IMG/VR virus record: IMGVR_UViG_3300048901_000236
Span: 6,407 to 70,406 of that record
Origin: a virus
Lineage: Duplodnaviria > Caudoviricetes
DNA length: 64,000 nucleotides
Direction: 5' to 3' (one strand)
Positions 47,686 through 56,973 of the stretch are shown one piece after another. The notes under the pieces are model-generated. The model did no database searches. It saw nothing but the letters and a program-made list of their open reading frames with translations, and was not told the DNA's origin. Position numbers and translations under genes: made by a program. The stretch's first letter is position 1, and the number at the start of each line of letters is the position of its first letter.

Positions 47686-47711
47686 GTATCAAAGATCCGC
47701 TTCTTTCAAGC

Positions 47712-48464
47712 ATGATGAAAGCGCCACCGCGCACCCAGAAAATCTTGATCACGATTCCGTTCTGGAGTCGCGACCGTGACCAGGCGATGGAGCTGGCGCG
47801 GCTGTTGGCGGACCTGGAGCCGGCGCATTCCGAGATCGCTGACTTCGCGTTCGTATCCAGGCCGGACTCCAAACCGGCGGATCTGGAGACGTCCGCGCAC
47901 GTCTCTCGAAAGTTCAATCTCTATAACGTTGTGTCGAGCCGGAACGAAACTGGCTGGCCGGCGGGCTGCAATGGGACCTTCGCCGGCACTCTTGACTGGA
48001 CACTGCGTGGAATTTACAACGGGCAACTGCCGGCGTATCGGGGGATTTTCATTTGCGAATCCGACGCGTGCCCGCTTACGCGCAATCCGATCGGCTACAT
48101 TCACGGTGAATGGATGAAGCTGAAGAACAAGTGCGTCGCGGGCGCACTGATCCCCCCCGGACCTCACGGACGGGCTCATGTCAATGGCGGATGCTGCGTG
48201 ATCGACGCAGACCCGAAATTTTTGTCGTGGCTTGTTACTTCTGTCGGCGGCGCGATTGCAACTGGGAAGGCCGGATGGGATTGGTATCTTGCAGAGCAAT
48301 TCAAGATGAAAGGCTGGCAGGATCTGCCCGGGATCAAATCGCACTGGCAGCGGCCGACATTCGCCGAAGGCGAGTGGGATTCGGTTGTCAACGGCGGAGT
48401 CAAATGGCTACATGGTGTCAAGGACTATTCGCTGATCAATCTCGCCCGCCAGAAACTTTTATGA
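47712..48464 (+). CDS. glycosyltransferase-like (GT-A fold) protein
   Basis: Hydrophobic strand + ESDACP (DxD-like), GWPAGCN, HVNGGC, WDW; next to the sugar-nucleotide enzyme. Confidence 0.5.
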   Translation: MMKAPPRTQKILITIPFWSRDRDQAMELARLLADLEPAHSEIADFAFVSRPDSKPADLETSAHVSRKFNLYNVVSSRNETGWPAGCNGTFAGTLDWTLRGIYNGQLPAYRGIFICESDACPLTRNPIGYIHGEWMKLKNKCVAGALIPPGPHGRAHVNGGCCVIDADPKFLSWLVTSVGGAIATGKAGWDWYLAEQFKMKGWQDLPGIKSHWQRPTFAEGEWDSVVNGGVKWLHGVKDYSLINLARQKLL

Positions 48465-49147
48465 CCCACAAAGAAAAGAAACGGGCGTATGACATGGCCT
48501 ACCGGTCGGCGAATCGGCCCAAATTGTTGGCCCAGATGAAAGCGTATCGGGAAGCAAACCTGGGGAGAGTAAAAGCCCTAAGTAAAGCATATCGTGAAGC
48601 GAACCCCGAAAAAGTAGCCGCGCAGAAGAAAGCGTGGTGCGAGACGAACCGAGCAAAGCTATCGGCCATCCGTAAAGCGCGTTATGCGCTGAATTCCGAA
48701 GAAATTCTAGCCCGGAAAAGATTCCACTACGCCGCGGATCCCGAGAAAACTCAGGCCAGAAATAGGGCATGGCATACGGCTAATCCTGAAAAAGTCTTGG
48801 CCTATCGGAGAGAATACTATCGGCAACGTCTCGTCGGAGACCCTGAATTTCGGCTTCTTAAAAATCTCAGGACCAGAATAAACATGGCGATCCACCAAGG
48901 ATCTCGATCCGCGCGCACCCGGGATATTCTCGGATGCACAATTCCGGAACTCCGCGCGCATTTGGAAAAGCAATTTCGTCAAGGAATGACTTGGGAAAAT
49001 TATGGCCCGGTGTGGCATGTTGATCACATCAAGCCGTGCGCCAAATTCGATTTACTGGATCCTGCACAACAGCAGGAATGTTTTCATTACACGAACCTTC
49101 AGCCGCTTTTTGCGGAAGAGAATCTACGAAAAGGCGCACGAGTATGA
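48461..49147 (+). CDS. HNH homing endonuclease (paralog 2)
   Basis: Helical KAYREAN repeats; GMTWENYGPVWHVDH...CFHYTNLQPL..EEN.RK. Confidence 0.88.
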   Translation: MTHKEKKRAYDMAYRSANRPKLLAQMKAYREANLGRVKALSKAYREANPEKVAAQKKAWCETNRAKLSAIRKARYALNSEEILARKRFHYAADPEKTQARNRAWHTANPEKVLAYRREYYRQRLVGDPEFRLLKNLRTRINMAIHQGSRSARTRDILGCTIPELRAHLEKQFRQGMTWENYGPVWHVDHIKPCAKFDLLDPAQQQECFHYTNLQPLFAEENLRKGARV

Positions 49148-49935
49148 GTTTGAACCCCCCCGATCTGTTGGTCTCTGTCCATGGTTACGACGGCGACAAG
49201 AATCAAATCCAGAACGCTCTGAGATTCTACGAACATCACCAGGCACCCGTCGTGATTTTTTCCCCTGAAGATTCAAAAATCTCCCGCATGGGCCCTCACA
49301 TTTGTCGTTTCATAGGCAGGCGTCAATATATCGGCCAACTTTCTCTCGACCGGCAGAAGGCCCAGCTCGCGGCCTTGTTGGACTATACCGGGTTCAACTG
49401 GTTTTTAATGAACGATTCAGATTCTATCTGCGTCGAGCCGAAGTTGCCCGCATATCTTTTCGAGAGCCCAGAAACGCTTTGGTCCAACTCAGTGAGTGAT
49501 GCGATGCATGCTCGCCCAGAAAATTATCCCTATCCCCGGCTCGCATTTCAACCCCCCTATTTTTGTCATCGGTCGGTAATTCAGAAGTTGATTTCTGTGG
49601 ACGTGCCGGCCGATCCGACCACACCTTTTATCGATTGGTGGATGATGAGCGTCGCAATTGAAGCGCGCGTTCCATTCCAGAATTTTCGCGATGGGATAAG
49701 CTGTCCCACAAGTGACGAGGGTTCTCTGGCCGCGATGTCGGACGCTGTCACGAACCGAGGCGCGATCTTCTTGCATTCGATCAAAACTCTCCGTGCGCTG
49801 AACCAAGTGGTCGGATGCCGGAAGTATTACGTGCGGAAATTCGGGATCCCACAACACAGAGCAATGCCACGACCGATCCCGCCAGGCAAAGGAGTCTGGG
49901 TTAGATTCGATCAACGAAATGAAATCAAGCGATAG
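49144..49935 (+). CDS. glycosyltransferase-like protein
   Basis: WFLMNDSDSIC DxD motif after hydrophobic strand; HSIK C-terminal His; directly upstream of fcl. Confidence 0.5.
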   Translation: MSLNPPDLLVSVHGYDGDKNQIQNALRFYEHHQAPVVIFSPEDSKISRMGPHICRFIGRRQYIGQLSLDRQKAQLAALLDYTGFNWFLMNDSDSICVEPKLPAYLFESPETLWSNSVSDAMHARPENYPYPRLAFQPPYFCHRSVIQKLISVDVPADPTTPFIDWWMMSVAIEARVPFQNFRDGISCPTSDEGSLAAMSDAVTNRGAIFLHSIKTLRALNQVVGCRKYYVRKFGIPQHRAMPRPIPPGKGVWVRFDQRNEIKR

Positions 49936-50836
49936 AATTCTCGTCACCGGCGGAAACGGATTGATCGGCGGGGCGATTGTGCGCCGGCTGAAGCGTCTCG
50001 GATTCGAGAACATATTCGCCCCGACGCGCGCCGAAGTTGATCTCACGGATCCCATCGCGGTGCGGTGGATGTTTTCTGTTTATAAAATCGATTATGTTTT
50101 CCATTGCGCTGCTCGTGTGGGTGGCATTAAAGACAACGCGGAGAATCCTGTTGACTTTCTGGTCGAAAATCTTCGGATCCAAGACAACGTTTTGATGAAC
50201 GCGGCGAAGTATGAAGTGAAAAAACTTCTATTTCTCGCGTCGAGCTGTTGTTATCCGGACAATTCGCCGCAACCGCTCCAGGAGAAAATGCTTTTCACGG
50301 GATTGATCCATCCGGATACGGAGCCGTATGCGACCGCCAAGCTGGCCGGGATACGGCTGTGTCAATATCTTCGCAAGGCGCGAAAATGTAATTTTATTTC
50401 TGCGTTGCCGTGCAATGTGTTTGGTCCTGGCGACGATTTTAATCCCCGCACTGCGCACGTTGTATCCGGGCTGATTGCGCGGATGCACGCCGCGAAAATC
50501 TCCGACGCGCCGTTCAGTGTTTGGGGCGATGGATCCCAGCGGCGAGAGCTGATCTACGTCGAAGATCTGGTTGACGCATTGTTTTTATTGATGGATAAAT
50601 ATGATCGACCGGAGCCGATCAATGCCGGTAGTGGTATCGAATACACTGTCAAGCATCTGGCTTTCGAAATTGCCGAGACGGTAGGATTTAAAGAGGGAAT
50701 CCGATTCGACAACGCCGGGCATGTCGGGGTTCATCACAAGCTCATGGATAACTACAAACTGAACCAACTCGGATTCGCCGTGAAAACACCGCTGTCCGTC
50801 GCGCTGCGTTGGACTTATCTGGATTTCCTGAAATGA
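49919..50836 (+). CDS. fcl: GDP-L-fucose synthase (GDP-4-keto-6-deoxymannose epimerase/reductase)
   Basis: VTGGNGLIG, AARVGGI..N, SSCCYP, YATAK, NVFGP.D.F, HVV, WGDGSQRRELIYVEDL. Confidence 0.92.
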   Translation: MKSSDRILVTGGNGLIGGAIVRRLKRLGFENIFAPTRAEVDLTDPIAVRWMFSVYKIDYVFHCAARVGGIKDNAENPVDFLVENLRIQDNVLMNAAKYEVKKLLFLASSCCYPDNSPQPLQEKMLFTGLIHPDTEPYATAKLAGIRLCQYLRKARKCNFISALPCNVFGPGDDFNPRTAHVVSGLIARMHAAKISDAPFSVWGDGSQRRELIYVEDLVDALFLLMDKYDRPEPINAGSGIEYTVKHLAFEIAETVGFKEGIRFDNAGHVGVHHKLMDNYKLNQLGFAVKTPLSVALRWTYLDFLK

Positions 50837-51201
50837 GTTTGCAACGCGACACGGCGGAAGAATTGAAGATGGCAACGCCGCCTATTGAGACGGCGACTCG
50901 GCGATTTGTCTATCTAGCCGGATACGATCTCGATACGATTCCTCCCAGCATAGAGACCGCATGGCTGCGATGGGGCGGCCAGACAGAATTTGTTTATGAA
51001 AATGCGGATCCGGACAAGGTCGGGATTGTAATTTTTCAGCTATTGAATGCTCCGTATGTCCCCGTTAAACTCGCGGAAAGTTTGCGACCGTTTTATGCCA
51101 AGGCCGGCACGGAGGCGAATACATTTGAATTCGATCCGATAACAAAAACATTCACGCGTCGCGGCCCCGAGTGGTTGGACTTCCCCGGGAGGATCCAGTG
51201 A
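50833..51201 (+). CDS. hypothetical protein
   Basis: 122 aa, overlap-coupled to fcl and terminase. Confidence 0.55.
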   Translation: MSLQRDTAEELKMATPPIETATRRFVYLAGYDLDTIPPSIETAWLRWGGQTEFVYENADPDKVGIVIFQLLNAPYVPVKLAESLRPFYAKAGTEANTFEFDPITKTFTRRGPEWLDFPGRIQ

Positions 51202-53099
51202 GCCTCCCAGTAGATTGCGAACAGCGCGAGCTGGTAAACAATGTCAGCACGCTTTTGCACGAGGAGAAATTATTCGAGGCCGCTCGTCTAGTTGCGGACT
51301 GGGTTGGAGAATGCGCCGGCAAACGGGTAAAGCAACCTTCGGACAAGGCCGAGGCGTATCAGCTTCTGAATATCTTGCTGCACTGGCTGCTAGACAACAA
51401 TGGAATGGAGGAAGCGGCCCAGATGTTGTGGGGGCCCACTCAATTCGATCCGCGTCCGAACAGCACGCAGCGGGTTTGGAAAGCATTCGATGATCACAAT
51501 TTCATTTTGCTGATGGGGGCGGCGTCGATGTCGAAATCGTTTTCGATGGCGGTCCGGCTTTTTCTGGAATGGATCCGGGATCCAGAATACACAACGATCA
51601 AAGTTCTCGGTCCGAGTGAACAGCACTTGGAGGACAACCTTTTTTCTCACCTTGTCACACTGCATAAAGGCAGCACGATTCCGTTGCCAGGGACCGTCGG
51701 AAAACTTTTCATCGGTATGGACTCGCGGTCCCGCAAAGGATCGATCACCGGCGTAGTGATTCCTCTGGGCAAGAAGGCCGCCGGCCGACTTCAGGGTGTG
51801 AAGCGGGTCCCGCGCAAAAAGGCGCACCCGATTTTCGGAAAACTCTCCCGGATGTTTGTGTTCCTGGACGAAATCGCGAACATTCCGATCGGCATCTGGC
51901 GCGACATCGACAACATTCTTGGAAGCTCGTCCCAGGAAGGATTGAAAGTCATCGGCGCGTTCAACCCCACGGATCGATCTGACCCCGTCGGCGAGCGATG
52001 CGAACCGCCGTTCGGATGGCAATCGTTCGATGCCGACAAGCATCATGAGTGGATGTCCACTCGTCAATGGTTCGTAGTCCGTCTCGATGCCGCACTCTGC
52101 GAGAACGTCGTGGCCGGGAGGGAAATCTTCGCGGGGCTGCAAACGCTGGAGGGATTCAATCGGATCATTTCGAATAACGGCGGCACCAACTCTGCGAACT
52201 ACTGGTCGATGGCGCGCGGCTGTTTTCCGCCGCTCGGGACGATCATGTCGTTGATCCCGACAGGGATGCTGAATAATTTCAAGGGCGAATTCATCTGGTA
52301 TGAAAAGCCCAAGCCGGCCGGCGGAGTCGATCTTGCGTTGGAAGGATCCGACACGGCAAAATTTGCGCACGGCGAGTGGGGGCTTGCGACGGGAATAAAA
52401 TATCCGCCATCGTTGCAGCATCCGAACGGGCTAACAATCATGTTCAAGAACGCGAAGGGCAAAGCATATCCGCGCTACGCGCTTCAGCTCAAGCAAATTT
52501 TTTTGCTACCAAAGGGCGACACAGTCGCGATGAAAAAGTCGGTGCAGGAATTGGCGCAGCGATTAGGAATCACGCCGGAATGGCTGGCCGTCGATCGAAC
52601 CGGCAACGGCGCGGGCGTCCACGATCTTTTGAAATTCGAGTGGGGGATCGGCTGCATCGGGGTGAACTTTTCAGAGAGCGCCGGCGATCAGAAGATCATG
52701 GTTGAGGACTCCGGCACCGCGAAGGAATTATATGACCGCGCACAGACCGAACTTTGGTTCGCTGCGAAAAAGTTTTTGGAGTTTGAATATCTGAAGGGAG
52801 TCTTCGGGCTGGAGACCACGGAACTTTTTCTGCAACTCACGGGCCGACTCTACGAAGCCAACGGCAAAATGTCGAAGGTCGAAAAGAAGGCCGACTATCG
52901 TTCGCGTCATCAGGGGAAATCGCCCGACGACGCTGAAGCAGTCACGCTTTTGGTTTGTGCGTGCCGCAAGGCCAGCGGAGTTACACTCGGCATGCGATCG
53001 GAGAACACCGTCGGCGCGGACGAGGACGATGGAGATTATTACGAGGATTCGGGACCACGATGCGACGTCACAAATTCATTTTCGCACATTGATCTATGA
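51198..53099 (+). CDS. terL: terminase large subunit
   Basis: Walker A-like GAASMSKS, Walker B FVFLDE, coupling motif GAFNP, RNase H-like GVDLA, VDRTGNGAG, SPDDAEA. Confidence 0.85.
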   Translation: MSLPVDCEQRELVNNVSTLLHEEKLFEAARLVADWVGECAGKRVKQPSDKAEAYQLLNILLHWLLDNNGMEEAAQMLWGPTQFDPRPNSTQRVWKAFDDHNFILLMGAASMSKSFSMAVRLFLEWIRDPEYTTIKVLGPSEQHLEDNLFSHLVTLHKGSTIPLPGTVGKLFIGMDSRSRKGSITGVVIPLGKKAAGRLQGVKRVPRKKAHPIFGKLSRMFVFLDEIANIPIGIWRDIDNILGSSSQEGLKVIGAFNPTDRSDPVGERCEPPFGWQSFDADKHHEWMSTRQWFVVRLDAALCENVVAGREIFAGLQTLEGFNRIISNNGGTNSANYWSMARGCFPPLGTIMSLIPTGMLNNFKGEFIWYEKPKPAGGVDLALEGSDTAKFAHGEWGLATGIKYPPSLQHPNGLTIMFKNAKGKAYPRYALQLKQIFLLPKGDTVAMKKSVQELAQRLGITPEWLAVDRTGNGAGVHDLLKFEWGIGCIGVNFSESAGDQKIMVEDSGTAKELYDRAQTELWFAAKKFLEFEYLKGVFGLETTELFLQLTGRLYEANGKMSKVEKKADYRSRHQGKSPDDAEAVTLLVCACRKASGVTLGMRSENTVGADEDDGDYYEDSGPRCDVTNSFSHIDL

Positions 53100-53668
53100 A
53101 GATTTGTAAAAAATGTGGACGATCCGGGATGAGATTTCATCGAAACGCCAGTAAAAAAGACGGGCTCGCCTCTACATGTGTAGAATGCCATTCCGTCGCT
53201 AGCGAACGATGGGAAAAAGCGAACGTCGGGCGGATACGAGAGACAGCGAGAGCTTGGAAAGCAAATAACAAAGAGCGAGTCGAGTCCTTGAGGCGGGCGC
53301 GTCACAAGGAGAACCCGGAAAAGAGACGAGCTTATCAAAGATCTCGTCTACAATCAGATCCGGGATTTAGACTTCGGCGCAATCTTCAAAATCGGATCTG
53401 GATGACGGTAGTAAAAGGAGGCAAATCTGCCTCGACGTTAGAATTATTGGGGTGTACGATCCCGGAACTTCGCGCACATTTGGAATCGCAGTTCCGGCCC
53501 GGAATGACCTGGGAAAATTATGGTCCCGTGTGGCACATTGATCACCGTCGCCCGTGCGCGAGTTTTGATTTGCTGGATCCCGCACAACAGCGGGAATGTT
53601 TTCGTTACACGAATCTTCAGCCGCTTTTTGCGGAAGAGAACATAAGAAAGGGAGACAAATGCCACTAA
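53096..53668 (+). CDS. HNH homing endonuclease (paralog 3) with N-terminal Zn ribbon
   Basis: CKKC...KKDGLASTCVEC; same C-terminal GMTWENYGPVWHIDH...NLQPL..EEN. Confidence 0.88.
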   Translation: MKICKKCGRSGMRFHRNASKKDGLASTCVECHSVASERWEKANVGRIRETARAWKANNKERVESLRRARHKENPEKRRAYQRSRLQSDPGFRLRRNLQNRIWMTVVKGGKSASTLELLGCTIPELRAHLESQFRPGMTWENYGPVWHIDHRRPCASFDLLDPAQQRECFRYTNLQPLFAEENIRKGDKCH

Positions 53669-54258
53669 GATTCAAGGCCGGATTGTATCCGGTTGGAGGA
53701 CGATATTTCATTGATTCGGATGGAGTAAAGCATAAGGCGGAGAACTTCGATATTTTAGCTGTGCGAGTGGCGGCCTATCGAAAACGGAATAATTTGCCGC
53801 CGGGCGATCCACTAAATGAGATTCATGCACAAGTCTGCGCTCGACAGCCGGAGGGTTGTGCAGAGACAAATCCTCAGCCGGTTGTCACCGCCCCGCCGCA
53901 ATCCGCATCATCTATGCGGTTGCCGGTCGGCGATCTTACGAATCGAGTCACGAAGTGGTTTGCGCACTTGCTGGGAATGAAACGCCGGGGCGAAATCGGC
54001 AAGGTCAGCATAGATGAAGCACGCCGGCGCGCGGCGATTTGCGCGGGTTGTCCGCTTCAGAGGGACGTTTCATCGGCATGCGGGGCCTGCAAAGCCAGCC
54101 GGCGGGCGGCGAGCGATGCTATTTTGGAGGGCAGTAAGCGTGTAAACAGCAAATTGAAGGCATGTCAGGCCTTGGGCGAGGACACCGGGCTTGCGGTTCA
54201 TTTGAATCTCGGGCCAACGGGCAATGGAAGCCTGCCAGATCATTGCTGGAGGCGGTAA
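53659..54258 (+). CDS. Cys-rich hypothetical protein
   Basis: RRAAICAGCP...CGAC...C...CW pattern. Confidence 0.6.
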   Translation: MPLRFKAGLYPVGGRYFIDSDGVKHKAENFDILAVRVAAYRKRNNLPPGDPLNEIHAQVCARQPEGCAETNPQPVVTAPPQSASSMRLPVGDLTNRVTKWFAHLLGMKRRGEIGKVSIDEARRRAAICAGCPLQRDVSSACGACKASRRAASDAILEGSKRVNSKLKACQALGEDTGLAVHLNLGPTGNGSLPDHCWRR

Positions 54259-54259
54259 A

Positions 54260-54505
54260 ATGAGATTTCCTAATCCTTTTGGACTTTTTATGGCCGGTTG
54301 TAGAGTAATTAAGGCGAAATTTACCCGCCAAGCGGTGCTTTTGGATGAAGAAACCGTGAATGAACGGCTGGCGGCGTGCGAAGCGTGTCCGTTTTTCGAT
54401 CCCGGGATCCGGCAATGCAACGTTTGCACCTGTCTGGTCGATCTCAAGGCCGCCCTGGCGACGGAAAAATGCCCGAAACGGCGCTGGCCGGTGACCAACA
54501 AGTGA
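54260..54505 (+). CDS. small Cys-rich protein (DUF6171-like)
   Basis: RLAACEACP...QCNVCTCLV..K...EKCP...W. Confidence 0.65.
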   Translation: MRFPNPFGLFMAGCRVIKAKFTRQAVLLDEETVNERLAACEACPFFDPGIRQCNVCTCLVDLKAALATEKCPKRRWPVTNK

Positions 54506-54506
54506 C

Positions 54507-54534
54507 TTGACAAGCCCCGACACCGCACAACTTT
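54507..54534 (+). promoter_or_regulatory. class II promoter-like motif upstream of portal
   Basis: TTGACAA-N15-AACTTT, 9 nt before ATG 54544. Confidence 0.65.
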
Positions 54535-54543
54535 ACTACCAGC

Positions 54544-56649
54544 ATGCTGCCTAACGAAATATACGCACCCCAACCGGATAATCAATCTCCTTATGGTGGT
54601 GCGGTTTCATCTCCAGATCTGTCGGACAGCACTCTGAAGCCGAAAAATCGCGCCATACGTGACGCAAAGCAGGCACAGAATATCATCACGAGTCTCGAAG
54701 TCGCCAACAAAGAGCGCAATCTGAAGAATGCGCGCATCATGGCGAAGTATAATAGCGAGCGGCCATATACGCAACAGCAATTGGAGAGCGAAGGGCTCGG
54801 ATGGAAGTCAAATTTCACATCGAAACCGCTGCCGATGTTGATTGATAAAGTTGCGCCCCGGTTCACCCAGGCGATCGACGGGGTCAAGTATATCACCAAC
54901 TCAGCATTGCCGGATGATGTCGAAGGGGCGTCTGAAAAAACGGACGCGTTTCGGCGGGAAATCACCAGCGTAGCCCGGGCTCGGCCCGGATGGCGCGAAT
55001 TCATGTCCGAAATCGGCCAGGAAAACGCATTGTTTGGCTACACAGCGGCTGCGTGGCTCGATGAATTCTCGTGGTTCCCGAAATTCTTTCGTCAGGATCA
55101 ATTTTTCATTCCCACGGGCACCAAGCAATCGCCGTCCGGAGCGCAGATCGTCGCGCTGCGTGAAACTTTTCTGTTGCACGAGCTGTTCTCGTTGATCTCG
55201 GACAAAGAAGCCGCGATCGCGCGCGGTTGGAACATCCAGGAGACCGTCACTGCGATCAATGAGGCGATGCCGGAGGACCGGCGTAGTCGGCAGACGGATT
55301 ATTGGCGCGTCTACGAGGACATGATTCGTGAATCGGTCGTCGGGACGTCGTATGAGAATGGCGCGCGGGTCGTGACCGTGTGGCATTTGCTTGCGACGGA
55401 GATCGATGGCAAGATCTCACACTACATTTTCAACAACACGAGCTTCAAGGAGCTTTTTTCGGCCGAGGATCAGTTCGATTCGATGATGGACGCCGTTGCG
55501 TTCTTCAGTTTTCAGCAGGGCAACGGAACGATGCATGGAAGCAAGGGCATCGGCCGCGAAATCTACGCGATGGCCGGGATTTTGGATCGCAGCCGCAATG
55601 AGGTTGTCGATCGGTTGAATCTCGCTGGCAAATTGATCATACAGGGCGATGAAAAGCAGCTCCGGCGGTTCAAAATGTCGATCGTCGGCAATACGATTCT
55701 GATCGGCGAAGCGTTCACCGTCGTCGAGCATAAAATCGATGCGGCGGTCGAGCCGTTTTTGACGCTGGATAATTTTTTGACTGGGCTGCTCGATCAAATG
55801 GCGGGATCGACGACTCCGAAGGTGTTTGAGGGCGAGCGGGTGACGAAAGCCCAGGTCGATTTATTCGCCAGTCGCGAGGAGGAGACCCGGGATTCGATCA
55901 TCGGCCGATTTTTAAGTCAGTTTGCTACAATGGTCACTACCATGCAACGGCGCATGTGTGATCCGCATACGTCAGATAAGGATGCGAAAGACATGCAAGA
56001 GCGGCTGCTCAAAATCATGACCCGCGAGGAGCTGACGCAGTTGTCGAAGCAGGTTGTGGCGGAGACGGTGAAGGATTATACCGATGTAGAACGTCAGCAG
56101 GTCGTGCTCGTCGCCCAGGAGGCGCGTGGGAATCCGCTTTATAACGCAAAGGAGCTGGAGCGGCGAAAAGTTACCGCATTGATCAACGAAGAATTTGCGG
56201 ACGCAGTTCTTTTGCCCGACAATGATCCTACGGTCGAAGCCGAACAAACGCGGTTGCAACAGATGGAGCTTTTGCTCATAGTCGGACAAGCGACGGCAGT
56301 TCCGGTTTCTCCGCGCGACAATCATTTGATTCATCTCGGAATTTTGATGCCAGTGATGGAACAGACCGCCCAGCAAGCGGTGCAGAATCCCAAAGCGCTG
56401 GATGTTTTGAGCGCTGTGCTGGCCCACGCAGAGGCCCACTTTCAGGCGGCCGAAGCCCAGGGGACTCCGAAAGATCAACTCGCGGATATCGGGTCAAAAC
56501 TTACGCAGCTTCGCAGTGTGATTGATCGGCTTCATCAAAACGCCGCCCAGGCGCAGCAAGTGGATCAAGCCACTCAGGCCCGACAGGGACAAATCGATCA
56601 AGCCGCCGCGGCTATTCCGGCCCCGCCGGCGCAGATACCCACACAATAA
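54544..56649 (+). CDS. portal protein
   Basis: 701 aa, helical, Gln-rich C-terminus; position between terminase and scaffold/capsid. Confidence 0.7.
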   Translation: MLPNEIYAPQPDNQSPYGGAVSSPDLSDSTLKPKNRAIRDAKQAQNIITSLEVANKERNLKNARIMAKYNSERPYTQQQLESEGLGWKSNFTSKPLPMLIDKVAPRFTQAIDGVKYITNSALPDDVEGASEKTDAFRREITSVARARPGWREFMSEIGQENALFGYTAAAWLDEFSWFPKFFRQDQFFIPTGTKQSPSGAQIVALRETFLLHELFSLISDKEAAIARGWNIQETVTAINEAMPEDRRSRQTDYWRVYEDMIRESVVGTSYENGARVVTVWHLLATEIDGKISHYIFNNTSFKELFSAEDQFDSMMDAVAFFSFQQGNGTMHGSKGIGREIYAMAGILDRSRNEVVDRLNLAGKLIIQGDEKQLRRFKMSIVGNTILIGEAFTVVEHKIDAAVEPFLTLDNFLTGLLDQMAGSTTPKVFEGERVTKAQVDLFASREEETRDSIIGRFLSQFATMVTTMQRRMCDPHTSDKDAKDMQERLLKIMTREELTQLSKQVVAETVKDYTDVERQQVVLVAQEARGNPLYNAKELERRKVTALINEEFADAVLLPDNDPTVEAEQTRLQQMELLLIVGQATAVPVSPRDNHLIHLGILMPVMEQTAQQAVQNPKALDVLSAVLAHAEAHFQAAEAQGTPKDQLADIGSKLTQLRSVIDRLHQNAAQAQQVDQATQARQGQIDQAAAAIPAPPAQIPTQ

Positions 56650-56650
56650 C

Positions 56651-56968
56651 ATGCAACTACCCACGAAACAGGAAACTCCTTGGGAGTCTTCTGACGCCTC
56701 CGCATTGCGTCTATTTTTCGAATCGAAAACTGGTCAGCGTGCGTTGACACATTTGAATGATCTAATTCCTTCTCTTCTCGACGGCTCCGACGTCAATAAG
56801 ACGCTCGTCACCAACGGAGAAGTTAAGGGCTGGAATAATGCGCTGCGCGCACTTTTGAATTTGACAATCGAACAACCCGCACCAATCAAAATTCCCGAAG
56901 CGTATCCGTCGCTCGATGACGAAGATGCATGGAAGGAAGACAAGAAACCCGAAACCACGAACCCGTAA
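56651..56968 (+). CDS. small head-associated protein (Bbp19-like)
   Basis: FFESKTGQRALTHL pattern directly after the portal. Confidence 0.5.
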   Translation: MQLPTKQETPWESSDASALRLFFESKTGQRALTHLNDLIPSLLDGSDVNKTLVTNGEVKGWNNALRALLNLTIEQPAPIKIPEAYPSLDDEDAWKEDKKPETTNP

Positions 56969-56973
56969 CCATC

